In this document: one piece after another, positions 1 through 9,761 of the stretch
How positions within the stretch are numbered: the stretch's first letter is position 1
Layout: the number at the start of each line of letters is the position of its first letter
Assembly: GCF_000142905.1 (NCBI RefSeq)
Contig: NW_013657652.1
Location: 1-64,000 of the forward strand
Reading direction: 5' to 3'
Length of the DNA stretch: 64,000 nucleotides
Origin: Thecamonas trahens ATCC 50062
Taxonomy: Eukaryota > Protista > Apusomonadida
Position numbers and translations under genes: made by a program
The notes under the pieces: generated by a model
The model's input: the letters and a program-made list of their open reading frames with translations, nothing else
The model's database searches: none
Told to the model about the DNA's origin: nothing

Positions 1-462
1 CTAACCCTACTTTCCAGCGGGAACCCTAACCCTAACCCTAACCCGAACCCGGGGGCCGGGGGGCTAACCCTAACCCTAACCCTAACCCTAACCCTAACCC
101 TAACCCTAAGGGGGAACCCTAACCCTAACCCTAACCCTAACCCTAACCCTAACCCTAACCCTAACCCTAATTTTTAACCCTAACCCTAACCCTAACCCTA
201 ACCCTAACCCTAACCCTAACCCTAACCCTAACCCTAACCCTATTCCTAACCCTTGGCCTAACCCTAACCCTAACCCTTTGGCGAACCCTAACCCTCACCC
301 TAACCCTAACCCTAACCCTAACCCTAACCCTAACCCTAACCCTAACCCTAACCCTAACCCTAACCCTAACCCTAACCCTAACCCTAACCCTAACCCTAAC
401 CCTAACCCTAACCCTAACCCTAACCCTAACCCTAACCCTAACCCTAACCCTAACCCTAACCC
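1..462. repeat. Telomeric repeat array (CCCTAA)n / (TTAGGG)n, left chromosome end
   Basis: Dozens of tandem CCCTAA units from position 1. The array is nearly perfect at 290-462 with interruptions in the distal 290 bp. The C-strand is on + as expected for a left end. Confidence 0.99.
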
Positions 463-1384
463 TACCCATTCCATGCATGACCCATATCCACATTCCCACC
501 CACGCCACCATACTCATCCCTTACCCCACCATGCGCATGGCTGGGCATGGGCGTCGATTGAGTCTTTGATGGTGATCCACAATCCCCATCCCCCCATTGA
601 CACTTACCCGTGTCACTCGTTCGACCGAGTGGCATGTGCGGGTTGGTGGGTGGCATGGATGTCATTCAACATTTTCATGATTTGCCACTCGTCACTCGTT
701 TGATTGTTTGACATTGAATTGAATGTCATTGATTATTGTTAATTGATCATTCGATTCTTTCTGCTTCTCTTGTTGGTGGCTATCCATTTTCCTTGTTCTT
801 TGCCGTTCATGTTTCACATTCTTTGCGGTTGATATTGTCGGCCTTCATGTTCTGCTTTGGTTGCTTTTGCCTTTGATGGTTGACCACAATTGACAGGCAT
901 CGTCATCGATCATTGCTTTTGTTCTTCTTGTTGCTTTGTATCATTATTCGTCATGCTTCAATTGTTCTTGATTCTCCTGTTTTCTTCGACCTTGACTCCC
1001 ACGTCCATCTTCGGCCCTTGCTCACTACACTATCGATTCTCAACTTTGTTGTCGTTTGTCGTGGTCAATAGTTGTGCATGCACTGTATTTTGTGTTGACC
1101 CTGTTGTGTCGTGGTCATGGTTGATCTGCAGATCTGATTGATCAACCGCGCCCTACCTCATCGACCTGAACGTCACCCGAGTCCATCCCATTGCCTGCTA
1201 GCTTTGTCCAGTCCCTGTTGGCTTACTCATACCTATGCTGTGCAAGCCATGTATGATCTTTGGTTGTTGTTGTGGACGTCATTGCCTCGTTTGATGCTTG
1301 TTCCGGCTTTTCTTTAATTAATTCAACGTTCAACTCAATTAACGTCCGCCGTCTTCCATCTGCCGGCCAAGTACCCGCCGCCCC

Positions 1385-2750
1385 TATCGCCCACACCTCA
1401 CACACACCCATCATCCTCATCCAACTCGCCCACATCAAACCTTCACCCCAATCTCCATACCCACCTCCCCCTCCGCCCGCCACGCCATCCACGTCACGAC
1501 CCCCCTATCCCCCCTACCATACTCATTACGATCCATCATCCGCAACCACCACCCCCACCCCCTACCCCACCACCATCACTATCATCCTAGCCACAACCAC
1601 CACCACTTTGCCTTGGCCATCCTGACCACCATCCCATCGCGCACTCCGCTTCCTCTTCCTCCTCCTCCTCCTCCTCTTCCCGCTCCAGCTCACCCCCATC
1701 CTCTTCCCCGACCCTGACACCCACACTCCTCAACCATCACAAGCCATGCTGCCCAATCTCCAGCCAACAGCAATCTCGAGCCACCCAGCCATGACCCAGC
1801 TCCCTCTGCTGCTCCTGCCTTGCCGACCACCAGCCGCAAGCCGTCGCCCGCTCGCCCGACCAGCCCACCTTCATCACCACGTAGCTCCCACCCACTGCCA
1901 GCTACACATCCCGCGACCACACTACTGGTCATCACTCACCTCACACTATCACCAGTACAAATATCGCTGTCATCGACACCCATCTTCCTCGGCTCATTTC
2001 CGCGTCGGCTTGTTTTGCCTAGGCGGTTGAGCACGACCTCGACCGCCCGACCCCGCACACGCCCCCCACCAACCGCAATGCAAGATATGCCCGATCTGAT
2101 TTCACTACTACTTTACTACATACACGCACTACCTCCTTGCACAGTCTCCAATCCACAGCTGCAGTATTCCGGAATCCGAGTTCTGCCACCCGAGGCCCAA
2201 GTTGTTGGCCCTGTGTCCCTTCGATGCTGCTGACCCCCCCTCCCTGGGCGCATCTCCGACCCCCACTCCCTATCATCTCCACCCACAACCACGACACCCA
2301 CACCACACATACGCACCACCCCTGCAAACATAACCATCCACTTGCTGCCTGCCGATACGCATATTAGCCGACGCCATCCCGTCAACAGCATCGCTGCCGA
2401 CCGCCGGCTGCTCGCCGCCGACCGCCGCCCGCCGCCGACCGACCACCGCCGGCACCACCGAAAGCAGGCTAGTCATCGACAGGGCTTTGGAGGCAATGCA
2501 TAGAGATAGTAACACCAATGACAATGACTACCAGTCTGCTCTCCAACCCAATCCTCCCCTCCATCCACCGGCCTTGCCCATCACAGCCCCCGCCGGCCTG
2601 CTCATCGCCAGCCGCCCCTGCTGCCGATCACCGAGCCAGACGACGATGCCCATGGGCTGGCCAAGACAAGGAAGGACAACAGAGGGCAAGGGCAAGCGAT
2701 AGGCAATGCAGTGGGTGGGCTAGAGTGTAGTGGTCTGCCTCCCCGCATTC
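1385..2750. repeat. Subtelomeric tandem segmental repeat, copy A (~1.45 kb period)
   Basis: Collinear shared blocks at an offset of ~1450, e.g. CCATCCCATCGCGCACTC (~1628 vs ~3078), GCCGTCGCCCGCTCGCCCGA (~1840 vs ~3291), a 67-nt core (2135-2201 vs 3587-3653) and CCACCGCCGGCAC...CAGGCTAG (~2443 vs ~3896). Boundaries are approximate. Confidence 0.85.
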
Positions 2751-2834
2751 CCAAGCCCTCGTCTCCATCGACGTCCATCTCAATCCAATCCCGTCCGTCC
2801 TCCTCGCCCCTGCCGCCCAAGCCCCCCCACCCTC

Positions 2835-4200
2835 ATCAACCACACCCCACACACACCCATCAGCCTCATCTTACCCATCCACATCAATCCTCCACTGCAA
2901 TCTCCATACCCACCACCTCTTCGCCAGTCCCGCCACCCACGTCTCGACCGCCCTCATCCCCCCCTACCATACTCATTACGCCCGGTCACCACCAACGACC
3001 ACCCTCACCCCCTACTCCACCACCACCACTCTCGTCCCAGCCACAACCACCACCCCCATGCCTTGGCCATGCCCACCACCATCCCATCGCGCACTCTGCT
3101 TCCTCCTCTTCTTCCTCCTCCTCCCCTCCTCGCTTTAACTCACTCCCATCCTCATCCCTGACCTCGACACCGCCATCCGCTCAACTATCACCAGCCACAC
3201 TGCCCATCCACTAACCAACAGCATTCCCAAGTCAACCATCCCCAACCCAGCTTCCTCTGCTGCCCTGCCTCGCCGACCACCAGCCGCCCAGCCGTCGCCC
3301 GCTCGCCCGATCAGCCCCACCTTCATCACCACCTAGCTCCTTCCCACCACCAGCTACTTCACCCACGACCACACTACTGGTCATCACACACCCAACACTA
3401 TCACCAGGACTTATATCGCTGTCATCGATACCCATTGACCTCGGCTCACTTTCGCGTCGACTTGTTTGGCCTAGGTGGTTGAGCACGCCCTCAACCGCTC
3501 GACCCCGCACATGCCCCCCATCATACTCATTACCAGCTATGGCCAATCTGATTTCACTGCAACTCCACTACACGCCCACACTTCCCCCTTGCACAGTTTC
3601 CAATCCACAGCTGCAGTATTCCGGAATCCGAGTTCTGCCACCTGAGGCCCAAGCTGTTGGCCTGGTGTCCCTTCGAAGGTGCTCAGCCCCCCGACCCAGT
3701 CCTATCTCCGACCCCCATTCCCCACCATCTTCACCCACAACCACCCTACCTACACCACACATACCCATTATTCCCACAATCTCACCTACCCAATCCCCTT
3801 GCCTCGAATACCCACATCAGCCGACACCATCCCGTCATCAGCATCGCTTCTGGCTGCCTGCTGCTCACCACCGATCGCCGCCCGAGCCGACCCGTCCACC
3901 GCCGGCACAACCCCGATCAGGCTAGACAGAGCACGAGTATAGTATGATCTACCTGTGGGTAGTGACACGTGTGGCAATGGCTATCAGTCCCTTGCCCTAC
4001 CTCCTTCTCCCCCTCCTTCTCCCTGCCCTGCCCGTCCTGCCCCAGCCCACCTGTCAACCAACCCAGCTGGTGGCGAGAGAACTGACGGGTCACACGAGTC
4101 CAGTGGGCTGGTCAGAGCGAAGGAAAGGGAGGGTGGGTGGGAGAGAAGGGATAGGGGATGAGGTGATAGATAAGACTACACTGGTCTGCCGCCCGATCTT
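2835..4200. repeat. Subtelomeric tandem segmental repeat, copy B
   Basis: Diverged copy of 1385-2750 as described for copy A. Boundaries are approximate. Confidence 0.85.
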
Positions 4201-4596
4201 GTGTCCTGATGCCCGTGTCGTCGTCTCCTGTCGACTGCTCACGGTCAGCAACTCGCCGCTCGCTCGCTCGCCCGCTCGACCACCCTCAGCGAAGCCAGAT
4301 CAAGCCATATCAAGCCCAGCACAACCTGCGGCTGGCTATACAGGGGGGAGTGGCTAGTGTGGTCACAGGGAATGGAGGTGAGGGGGTGTAGATGGCTGGA
4401 GTGGGATGAGTGTGGTGGCTGCCACAGCTAGCGCTGCTGCTGTGGCCAAGCCCGAGGCGAGCAGCGAGTGATCGAGTCACGGCCAGCCGCTCGTTGCTCA
4501 GCCACTCGCCGGCATGGGGGCCTGCTGCTGCTGCTGCTGCGGGAGAAGAGGGAGCCCAAGCCCGAGGCGGCGATGACCAGGTTTGTGATAAATGTG

Positions 4597-5112
4597 TCAT
4601 GGCGGCGGCGCTGACCATGGCCACGCCGCTGCTTGCCGTTGTGAGGGGACGATAGACGTTCCACATCTCACCCATGTTGAGAGCGGCTGGTCACCGATGG
4701 CTGCTTTGATGCTGGCCGCTTGATGGCCTTGTTGGCTCCATGGCGCTTTTTCTCGCTGCACTGTGGCCACGCTGTATGCCCCCTGCGCCATGGGCCTCAC
4801 CAGCAGATCGACCTTCAGGCACCGCTGGGTGAGCCCACAGACGGCGGCGTTCGAATCTCCCACCATCGCACCCGAGACGTTTCCAGCGAAGATGTGGCGA
4901 CCGTCGTCCATGGCACTGCTGCCGCCAAAGGCCAGCGCCTGCTAGTGCATATTGTACATGAGCGTGTCCAAGGTTCACGATCCGCCACAGTCGCCATCGC
5001 GATCGGTCCTGGTCAGGCTCAGCACAGCCAAGGTCATGCTCGGCACCGCCGGAAACAGGCCACACCCGGTCTCAGTAAAAACAACATAGCAGCCCGGATC
5101 GGTCCAGAAACC
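4597..5112 (-). pseudogene. Possible decayed subtelomeric gene fragment
   Basis: ORFs 4975..5265 and 4597..4911 are in the same minus frame, joined across in-frame TGA and TAG (...GDCGGS*TLDTLMYNMH*QALAFGGSSAMDDGRHIFAG...) with GC3-rich, coding-like codons. No family recognised. Confidence 0.3.
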
Positions 5113-5265
5113 TAACGAGCAGCGCAAAGCGCATCTGCACAGCTGCCGCACCACACAATCACCGTTGTCGTGCCAACTGTTTAAGGGCCACCTACCCATG
5201 GCATCTCCAGCAGCTGCACCATGACACAACCATATGCGCGAGCTCAAGCTTTCCCCCGATCTCAT

Positions 5266-7314
5266 TTACTGGCGAGACCTTTGCCGTCTCGATCGCCGCC
5301 CGCGCTTCCGTGATCGCCGCCTGTGTCCACCACTGCCGCTACTACCCTCGCTGCTGCTGGCCGAGCTGCTTGTGCGTGCGTGCCGTCCATTTGCACGACG
5401 GTCCCGCCGCCGGGCTCGATTGCTGCCGCGTCCGCGATGAGTGATTCGCCAAACCCAGCGCGCGCTGCGCTCGCTACTTGCCTCGCTGGGCGAGCTGCTC
5501 CGTGGCGCCACCCACAGCCGGGTCGAGAGCCCGTTGCCGGTGTCGATGTAGATCGACCTCGCAGGAAGCGGCACGTACTGCCCACCGCGCCGCCGCTCAC
5601 TGGTTGTGAGCAGGCCGGCCACGTCGAGGTCGCACCATACGGGACGATGGTCCGAGAGCACCCGGTTGAGGAGTGTCCGCGGCTCGGCGGCAACCTCGAA
5701 CGACGGCCGCGATCGCACTTCCTGCCGCGGACCAAAGAACGAGAACAGCTCGTGAAAGATGCCGCCCGAGATTGCGTTCGGTGCCACCGACGGCGAGAGC
5801 AGAATGTGATCAAGGAGGAGCTTGCGGCCCGCCACGTCGTCAATGACGTCGTTGTGCGTGATGGTGTAAGCGTCGCCTGGTGGGACGAGGTGGAGAAAGC
5901 CATGCAAAAACTGCCGCGAGGGATAGAAAGACGAGCCCATGATCATATCGGCGACCGGCGCTGTCAGGTACTGCGACTGAAAGTAGTCCATACCCGGGCC
6001 GTCGTTAAAGTCGCCGGCCACCACGACGCCGTCGACGCCTGCCCCGTCGATCACACTGTCCAGATACGACCGCAGCCGCACAGCCTCGGCCATCATCTTG
6101 CGCCGATTGATAACCGCCTTGCGTACCATCGTTTGGCGCTCCTCCGCGCTTCCGTTCCACAGGTCTAGCTCGTTGGCCACAGCCTTCGACTTAAGATGCA
6201 CACCGACGAGCCGGATCCAGGCGCTGCGCCCAGCATCAGCCTCAGCAAGCTGGACGTCCACAACTAGCGGGATGCGAACAAACCGGAACTCCTGGAGTCG
6301 GATGTCGCCCGAGATGTCCACGTAGAACTTGTCGCTCAGCTTTTCGGTCGCCTCGTCGCTCGCCAGCCGCACATCGGCCACAACGGCACCCTCACCCACA
6401 GCCACCAGCCAGAAGATCCGCTGCTCATACCCGTCGCGCCCGCCAAACACCCGGTACCTGCCGCACAGGTACGTCGCTACAAACAGCTCCATCTTGGATA
6501 CATGATCCGGCCCTTCGAGCAGACACAGCACGTCAGCACCCATCTTGATGATCATCGCCGCCAGCGTGCAGCAGAACTGGTGCACGTCCACAATGCCGCG
6601 CTTCACGTTATGCGCCAGGAACGTGTACTCGCCGCTTGACGACTCGGGTACCCTGCTAAACAGATCGTTCATCCACAGGACGTTAAACGAGGCCACTCGC
6701 ATCACCCGTGCCTCCTCGCCCTCATCCCAGCCCGATCCGCCGCCGTCGCTGTCCGAGACTGACCCATCGTCGCCGGCCACACGCAGCGTCGGAACGACCG
6801 CCACCACCTCTGCCGTCGGCCTCTCGGCCACGTCCCCGGCCGCTCTCGCCTCAAACGCAGCCAGCAGCTCGTGAACAAGGTCAAGATTGACCGCCCCCGA
6901 GGCGCTCTGCCCGCTGCCGTCATCGTCGTACCCGGGCTCGCCATCGTGGAGAAACCGGCATTGGGAGCCAAACGGACAGGCGTCCTCCGTCCCGTTGCGG
7001 CACCTGGACCTCGGGTGCGGGAACGGACATGCCGCACCACGGTTACACTGAGGCCAGTATCGACATCGTGGCTTGCTCACTGTGCCGTATCCGGCCTCTC
7101 CGGTATGGACCTTGCTGCAGTACTGCCCGTCGGGGCAGCTGTCGCGTGTCTTGTGCTCGCACGGCTCGGACGGATGCACAAACGCACATGCGTCGCCGCG
7201 CGTGCACGCCGGCCAGTACTTGCATCGCGCACGCGAGCCGCTCGCAGCCTCGGCATAAGTGCGCTGTCGTCCACGTGCTGATCCGGACCCAGATCCGGAT
7301 CCCGTCGCAGACAT
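5266..7314 (-). CDS. Four CCCH zinc fingers + endonuclease/exonuclease/phosphatase (EEP) domain + Arg/Ser-rich tail
   Basis: Fingers CKYWPACTRGDACAFVH, CEHKTRDSCPDGQYCSKVH, CRYWPQCNRGAACPFPH, CRNGTEDACPFGSQCRFLH. Complete EEP motifs RVASFNV, ADVLCLLE, VHLKSK, VAGDFNDGPG, LLDHILLS, LSDHRPV. First ATG at 7314. Confidence 0.93.
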   Translation of the reverse strand: MSATGSGSGSGSARGRQRTYAEAASGSRARCKYWPACTRGDACAFVHPSEPCEHKTRDSCPDGQYCSKVHTGEAGYGTVSKPRCRYWPQCNRGAACPFPHPRSRCRNGTEDACPFGSQCRFLHDGEPGYDDDGSGQSASGAVNLDLVHELLAAFEARAAGDVAERPTAEVVAVVPTLRVAGDDGSVSDSDGGGSGWDEGEEARVMRVASFNVLWMNDLFSRVPESSSGEYTFLAHNVKRGIVDVHQFCCTLAAMIIKMGADVLCLLEGPDHVSKMELFVATYLCGRYRVFGGRDGYEQRIFWLVAVGEGAVVADVRLASDEATEKLSDKFYVDISGDIRLQEFRFVRIPLVVDVQLAEADAGRSAWIRLVGVHLKSKAVANELDLWNGSAEERQTMVRKAVINRRKMMAEAVRLRSYLDSVIDGAGVDGVVVAGDFNDGPGMDYFQSQYLTAPVADMIMGSSFYPSRQFLHGFLHLVPPGDAYTITHNDVIDDVAGRKLLLDHILLSPSVAPNAISGGIFHELFSFFGPRQEVRSRPSFEVAAEPRTLLNRVLSDHRPVWCDLDVAGLLTTSERRRGGQYVPLPARSIYIDTGNGLSTRLWVAPRSSSPSEASSERSARWVWRITHRGRGSNRARRRDRRANGRHARTSSSASSSEGSSGSGGHRRRSRKRGRRSRRQRSRQ

Positions 7315-7386
7315 ATAGAGTCGAGTGCTGCCTGCAGCGGCAGTGCGCAATGTCTCGTCGCGTTCATTGGCCACAGCCTCCGCCTG

Positions 7387-8820
7387 CTACATCGATCCGT
7401 GGTGGTAGTGGTCCTGATGCTCGTCATCCCACGCCACGCAAGCGAGCCCGCCGTTCACCTCTGAACCCTGGCGATCCTTGACCACGCCCACAATCCAGAC
7501 CACAGGGTCAAACGTCGCCGTCGCCTCGTGGCCGTACTGGACAAAGACGCACGAGTTCTTCACGCACAGCCGCTTAATCAGATTCGTCGCGGCCTTGGTC
7601 TTGGCAAGCCGCTTGCTGTCGATTCGATAGTCAAAGTAGTGCCGCTTGTGAAAGAACGTCTTCCGCGAGTCTTTGAGCTTGAGCGTGTGAAGCTGGCACA
7701 TGTCCAGATCCGCGCCAAGCAGCGCAGAGAGGCCCAGATCGTCCGCGCCCAGGTCGGCTCCGGCCTCAGCCAGCGTCTCGGGCCGCACAATAAACGCCCG
7801 TGCCCCCTCGGCCCGGAACATCCACGATTGGAGCTGCTTGGTGACCTTGGTCGCCAGCTCGAGATTGGGGTCGGTGCTGCAATCTCCGTGCCCCTCGTGG
7901 CTCGCGGTCGCCGGATCGAGTACGAGGCCGCAGCTGTAGATGCGGCTAGCAAAGCGCCCGGTGTTCGTCAGCGGCATCGCCGAGCCCATGCCCGGCACCG
8001 TCGCAACCTCAGTGCATGTGCTGCCTGACGTGCTTGCGCCGGCTTCATCATCCCCAGCCTTGGTCCCAAGGTGTCTGGCCCGCTTGGTCGCGCGCGAGAG
8101 CTCGGCGTCGTCTGCGGTCGCAGCCTCGCGCGCCCGCTTGGCCGCCGCCGCCTTTTCGCGCCGCTGCACCCGCCTCATCTCCTCCAGCTTCTTGATGAAT
8201 GCAGTCATCGAGGCAAACGGCCCGCCGTTGGTCCGCGAGTTGGCGTACCGCGCCGCCTTGATGAACTTGTCCGTGAGTTTGACGTGGACCAATCGCTCGT
8301 CGGTCACCATGCTGAGGATGAGCTCTTCCGCAAACACGTCGCCGCCCCGATACAGCACCTCAATCGCATCGTCCATCGACAGCGCCTCGCCAGCTCCAGG
8401 CACAAGCTCCAGAAGCGTCTCAAAGACGGCCTGAATTGACTCTGGCCGAGCGCTGCGCAGCCGGACCGCGGCAATCAGTCCCGGCGTCGCCGGCATGCCG
8501 CCCTCGAGCGCCGCCCGCAGCTGCGTTGCCTCGCCGTTCCTCACCGCCTCGCTCACCAACCGCTTGAGCCTCCGCTCCCGCTCGGCATCGTCCATCCACG
8601 CCACCTCCTCGCTCTGCAGTGCCGCACGCACACCGCTTTCCGACCCGCCCGCCATTGCCGTCTTCACAGCTGCGGTCCACGCAGACAGCTGCGTGGCCCG
8701 CTCGGCCTTTTGCGCACCAGCCACCACCGCCCCCGACGGATTGGCTGCCCGAAAGCAACCTGAGCATAGGTTGTTCGTCTCGGGCGTGCCATGGAACATG
8801 TTACAGTTGCTGCAGAGCAT
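7387..8820 (-). CDS. A20-type zinc-finger protein with C-terminal NuiA-like (nuclease A inhibitor-like) domain
   Basis: N-terminal LCSNCNMFHGTPETNNLCSGCFR matches the A20/ZFAND finger. A helical middle region follows. The C-terminal ~150 aa resemble NuiA by eye (lower confidence than the A20 call). First ATG at 8820. Confidence 0.85.
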   Translation of the reverse strand: MLCSNCNMFHGTPETNNLCSGCFRAANPSGAVVAGAQKAERATQLSAWTAAVKTAMAGGSESGVRAALQSEEVAWMDDAERERRLKRLVSEAVRNGEATQLRAALEGGMPATPGLIAAVRLRSARPESIQAVFETLLELVPGAGEALSMDDAIEVLYRGGDVFAEELILSMVTDERLVHVKLTDKFIKAARYANSRTNGGPFASMTAFIKKLEEMRRVQRREKAAAAKRAREAATADDAELSRATKRARHLGTKAGDDEAGASTSGSTCTEVATVPGMGSAMPLTNTGRFASRIYSCGLVLDPATASHEGHGDCSTDPNLELATKVTKQLQSWMFRAEGARAFIVRPETLAEAGADLGADDLGLSALLGADLDMCQLHTLKLKDSRKTFFHKRHYFDYRIDSKRLAKTKAATNLIKRLCVKNSCVFVQYGHEATATFDPVVWIVGVVKDRQGSEVNGGLACVAWDDEHQDHYHHGSM

Positions 8821-9304
8821 GATGTGTGCTGCTTCCAAAGAGAATTGTGTCCAACTTCCGCTTCTTAATCTGACGGGGCATATTTCTTTTTTTGCCCAAA
8901 CACCTGCTTGGACGCCAGCTCTTCTTCAGCCACCCCTGCACCTCCACAGCCAGCACCAGTCAAGCAAATACACGTACCGTGTTGATCAGTGCCAACTCTA
9001 TCTCCAGATCCGTAGCGGGCACTCAAGCCAGCCTTTTACCACATCTAGCTCGTGCTGCAATCTCTGGTAATGTCAGCTATAGCACGATCTTCTGATCTTG
9101 GTTTTCCCCTGTTGATTCCACCACACATCCGCGCCCATCCTCGCTCCCTTACCAGGCCTACCCCCACCCTACGCCTCACCTTCCCTAGCGTACCACCTCC
9201 GTCACCACATCCTCCGTTCGAGTCCCGATCTTGCTGACCCATTCCCTGCCTCTGTGGCCATCGATGCGAGTTCGTGAGCTCAACCAACCCCTCTCTCGCG
9301 CACG

Positions 9305-9761
9305 ATGACCTACATCCGCAACGGACAGGTGGAAACGGGCTCGCAGCCGCTTCTGCGGCTCTCCCTCATCCCCGACCTCTTCTGGGGCATTGTCAACTTT
9401 GCCTACTTTCTCGTAGCCACCCTCTTCTCGGTACGTACCCTGTCCGTCGTCCCTGCCCAGTTCGGAACACTGCGCCAATGACCCGCAGCTCGGACGTCAG
9501 CACTCACGCCCCCCCTCCCCGATACAGATGGATGCACGTGAGTCGCTCTATGCACCGGCGCACAAGCGCGGGAAGACCATTGGCACGCTGGGAGGAGGCT
9601 CGTCGCTTGGTGGTGGCGGTGGCGGTGGCGGTGGTGGCGGTGGTGGCGGTGGCTCGGGTGGTGGTCGCCCTGGCGGCCAGCCGCGCCATCGTGGCATCCG
9701 TGGCCTCTCCGACGTCAAGGCCAACGACCCGGGCCGCGTCACTGCAGGCGGCTGAGGATAA
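9305..9761 (+). CDS. SELENOK: Selenoprotein K; exons 9305-9430 and 9528-9761, UGA(Sec) at 9753-9755
   Basis: Exon 1 MTYIRNGQVETGSQPLLRLSLIPDLFWGIVNFAYFLVATLFS matches the SelK N-terminus (M.YI.NGQV...RLSLI.D.FWGI..F). A GTACGT...CAG intron of 97 nt has an ACTCAC branch site. The Gly/Arg-rich exon 2 ends GCA GGC GGC TGA GGA TAA = AGG-U-G-stop, like SelK AGGUG(R). Confidence 0.95.

Noticed and set aside
1-290. Variant telomere units (G-runs, TTTTTAA, CTTGGC, CTTTGGCG)
   Set aside because: Irregular, non-repeating and confined to the distal end; typical of low-coverage long-read consensus errors. Cannot be called real variants without reads.
167-703. ORFs encoding (RV)n and (NP)n
   Set aside because: These are translations of the telomeric hexamer, not genes.
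880-4675. Many short Pro/His/Thr- or Gly/Val-rich ORFs in the subtelomere
   Set aside because: Explained by C-rich low-complexity sequence and the tandem duplication; no domain motifs.
4975-4977. In-frame TGA in the subtelomeric fragment as a second Sec codon
   Set aside because: An in-frame TAG follows ten codons later, and there is no redox motif or SECIS; decay is more plausible.
5266-7314. EEP domain as the endonuclease of a telomeric non-LTR retrotransposon
   Set aside because: No reverse transcriptase (YADD) ORF, poly(A) tail or target-site duplication nearby, and the motifs are not L1/APE-like.
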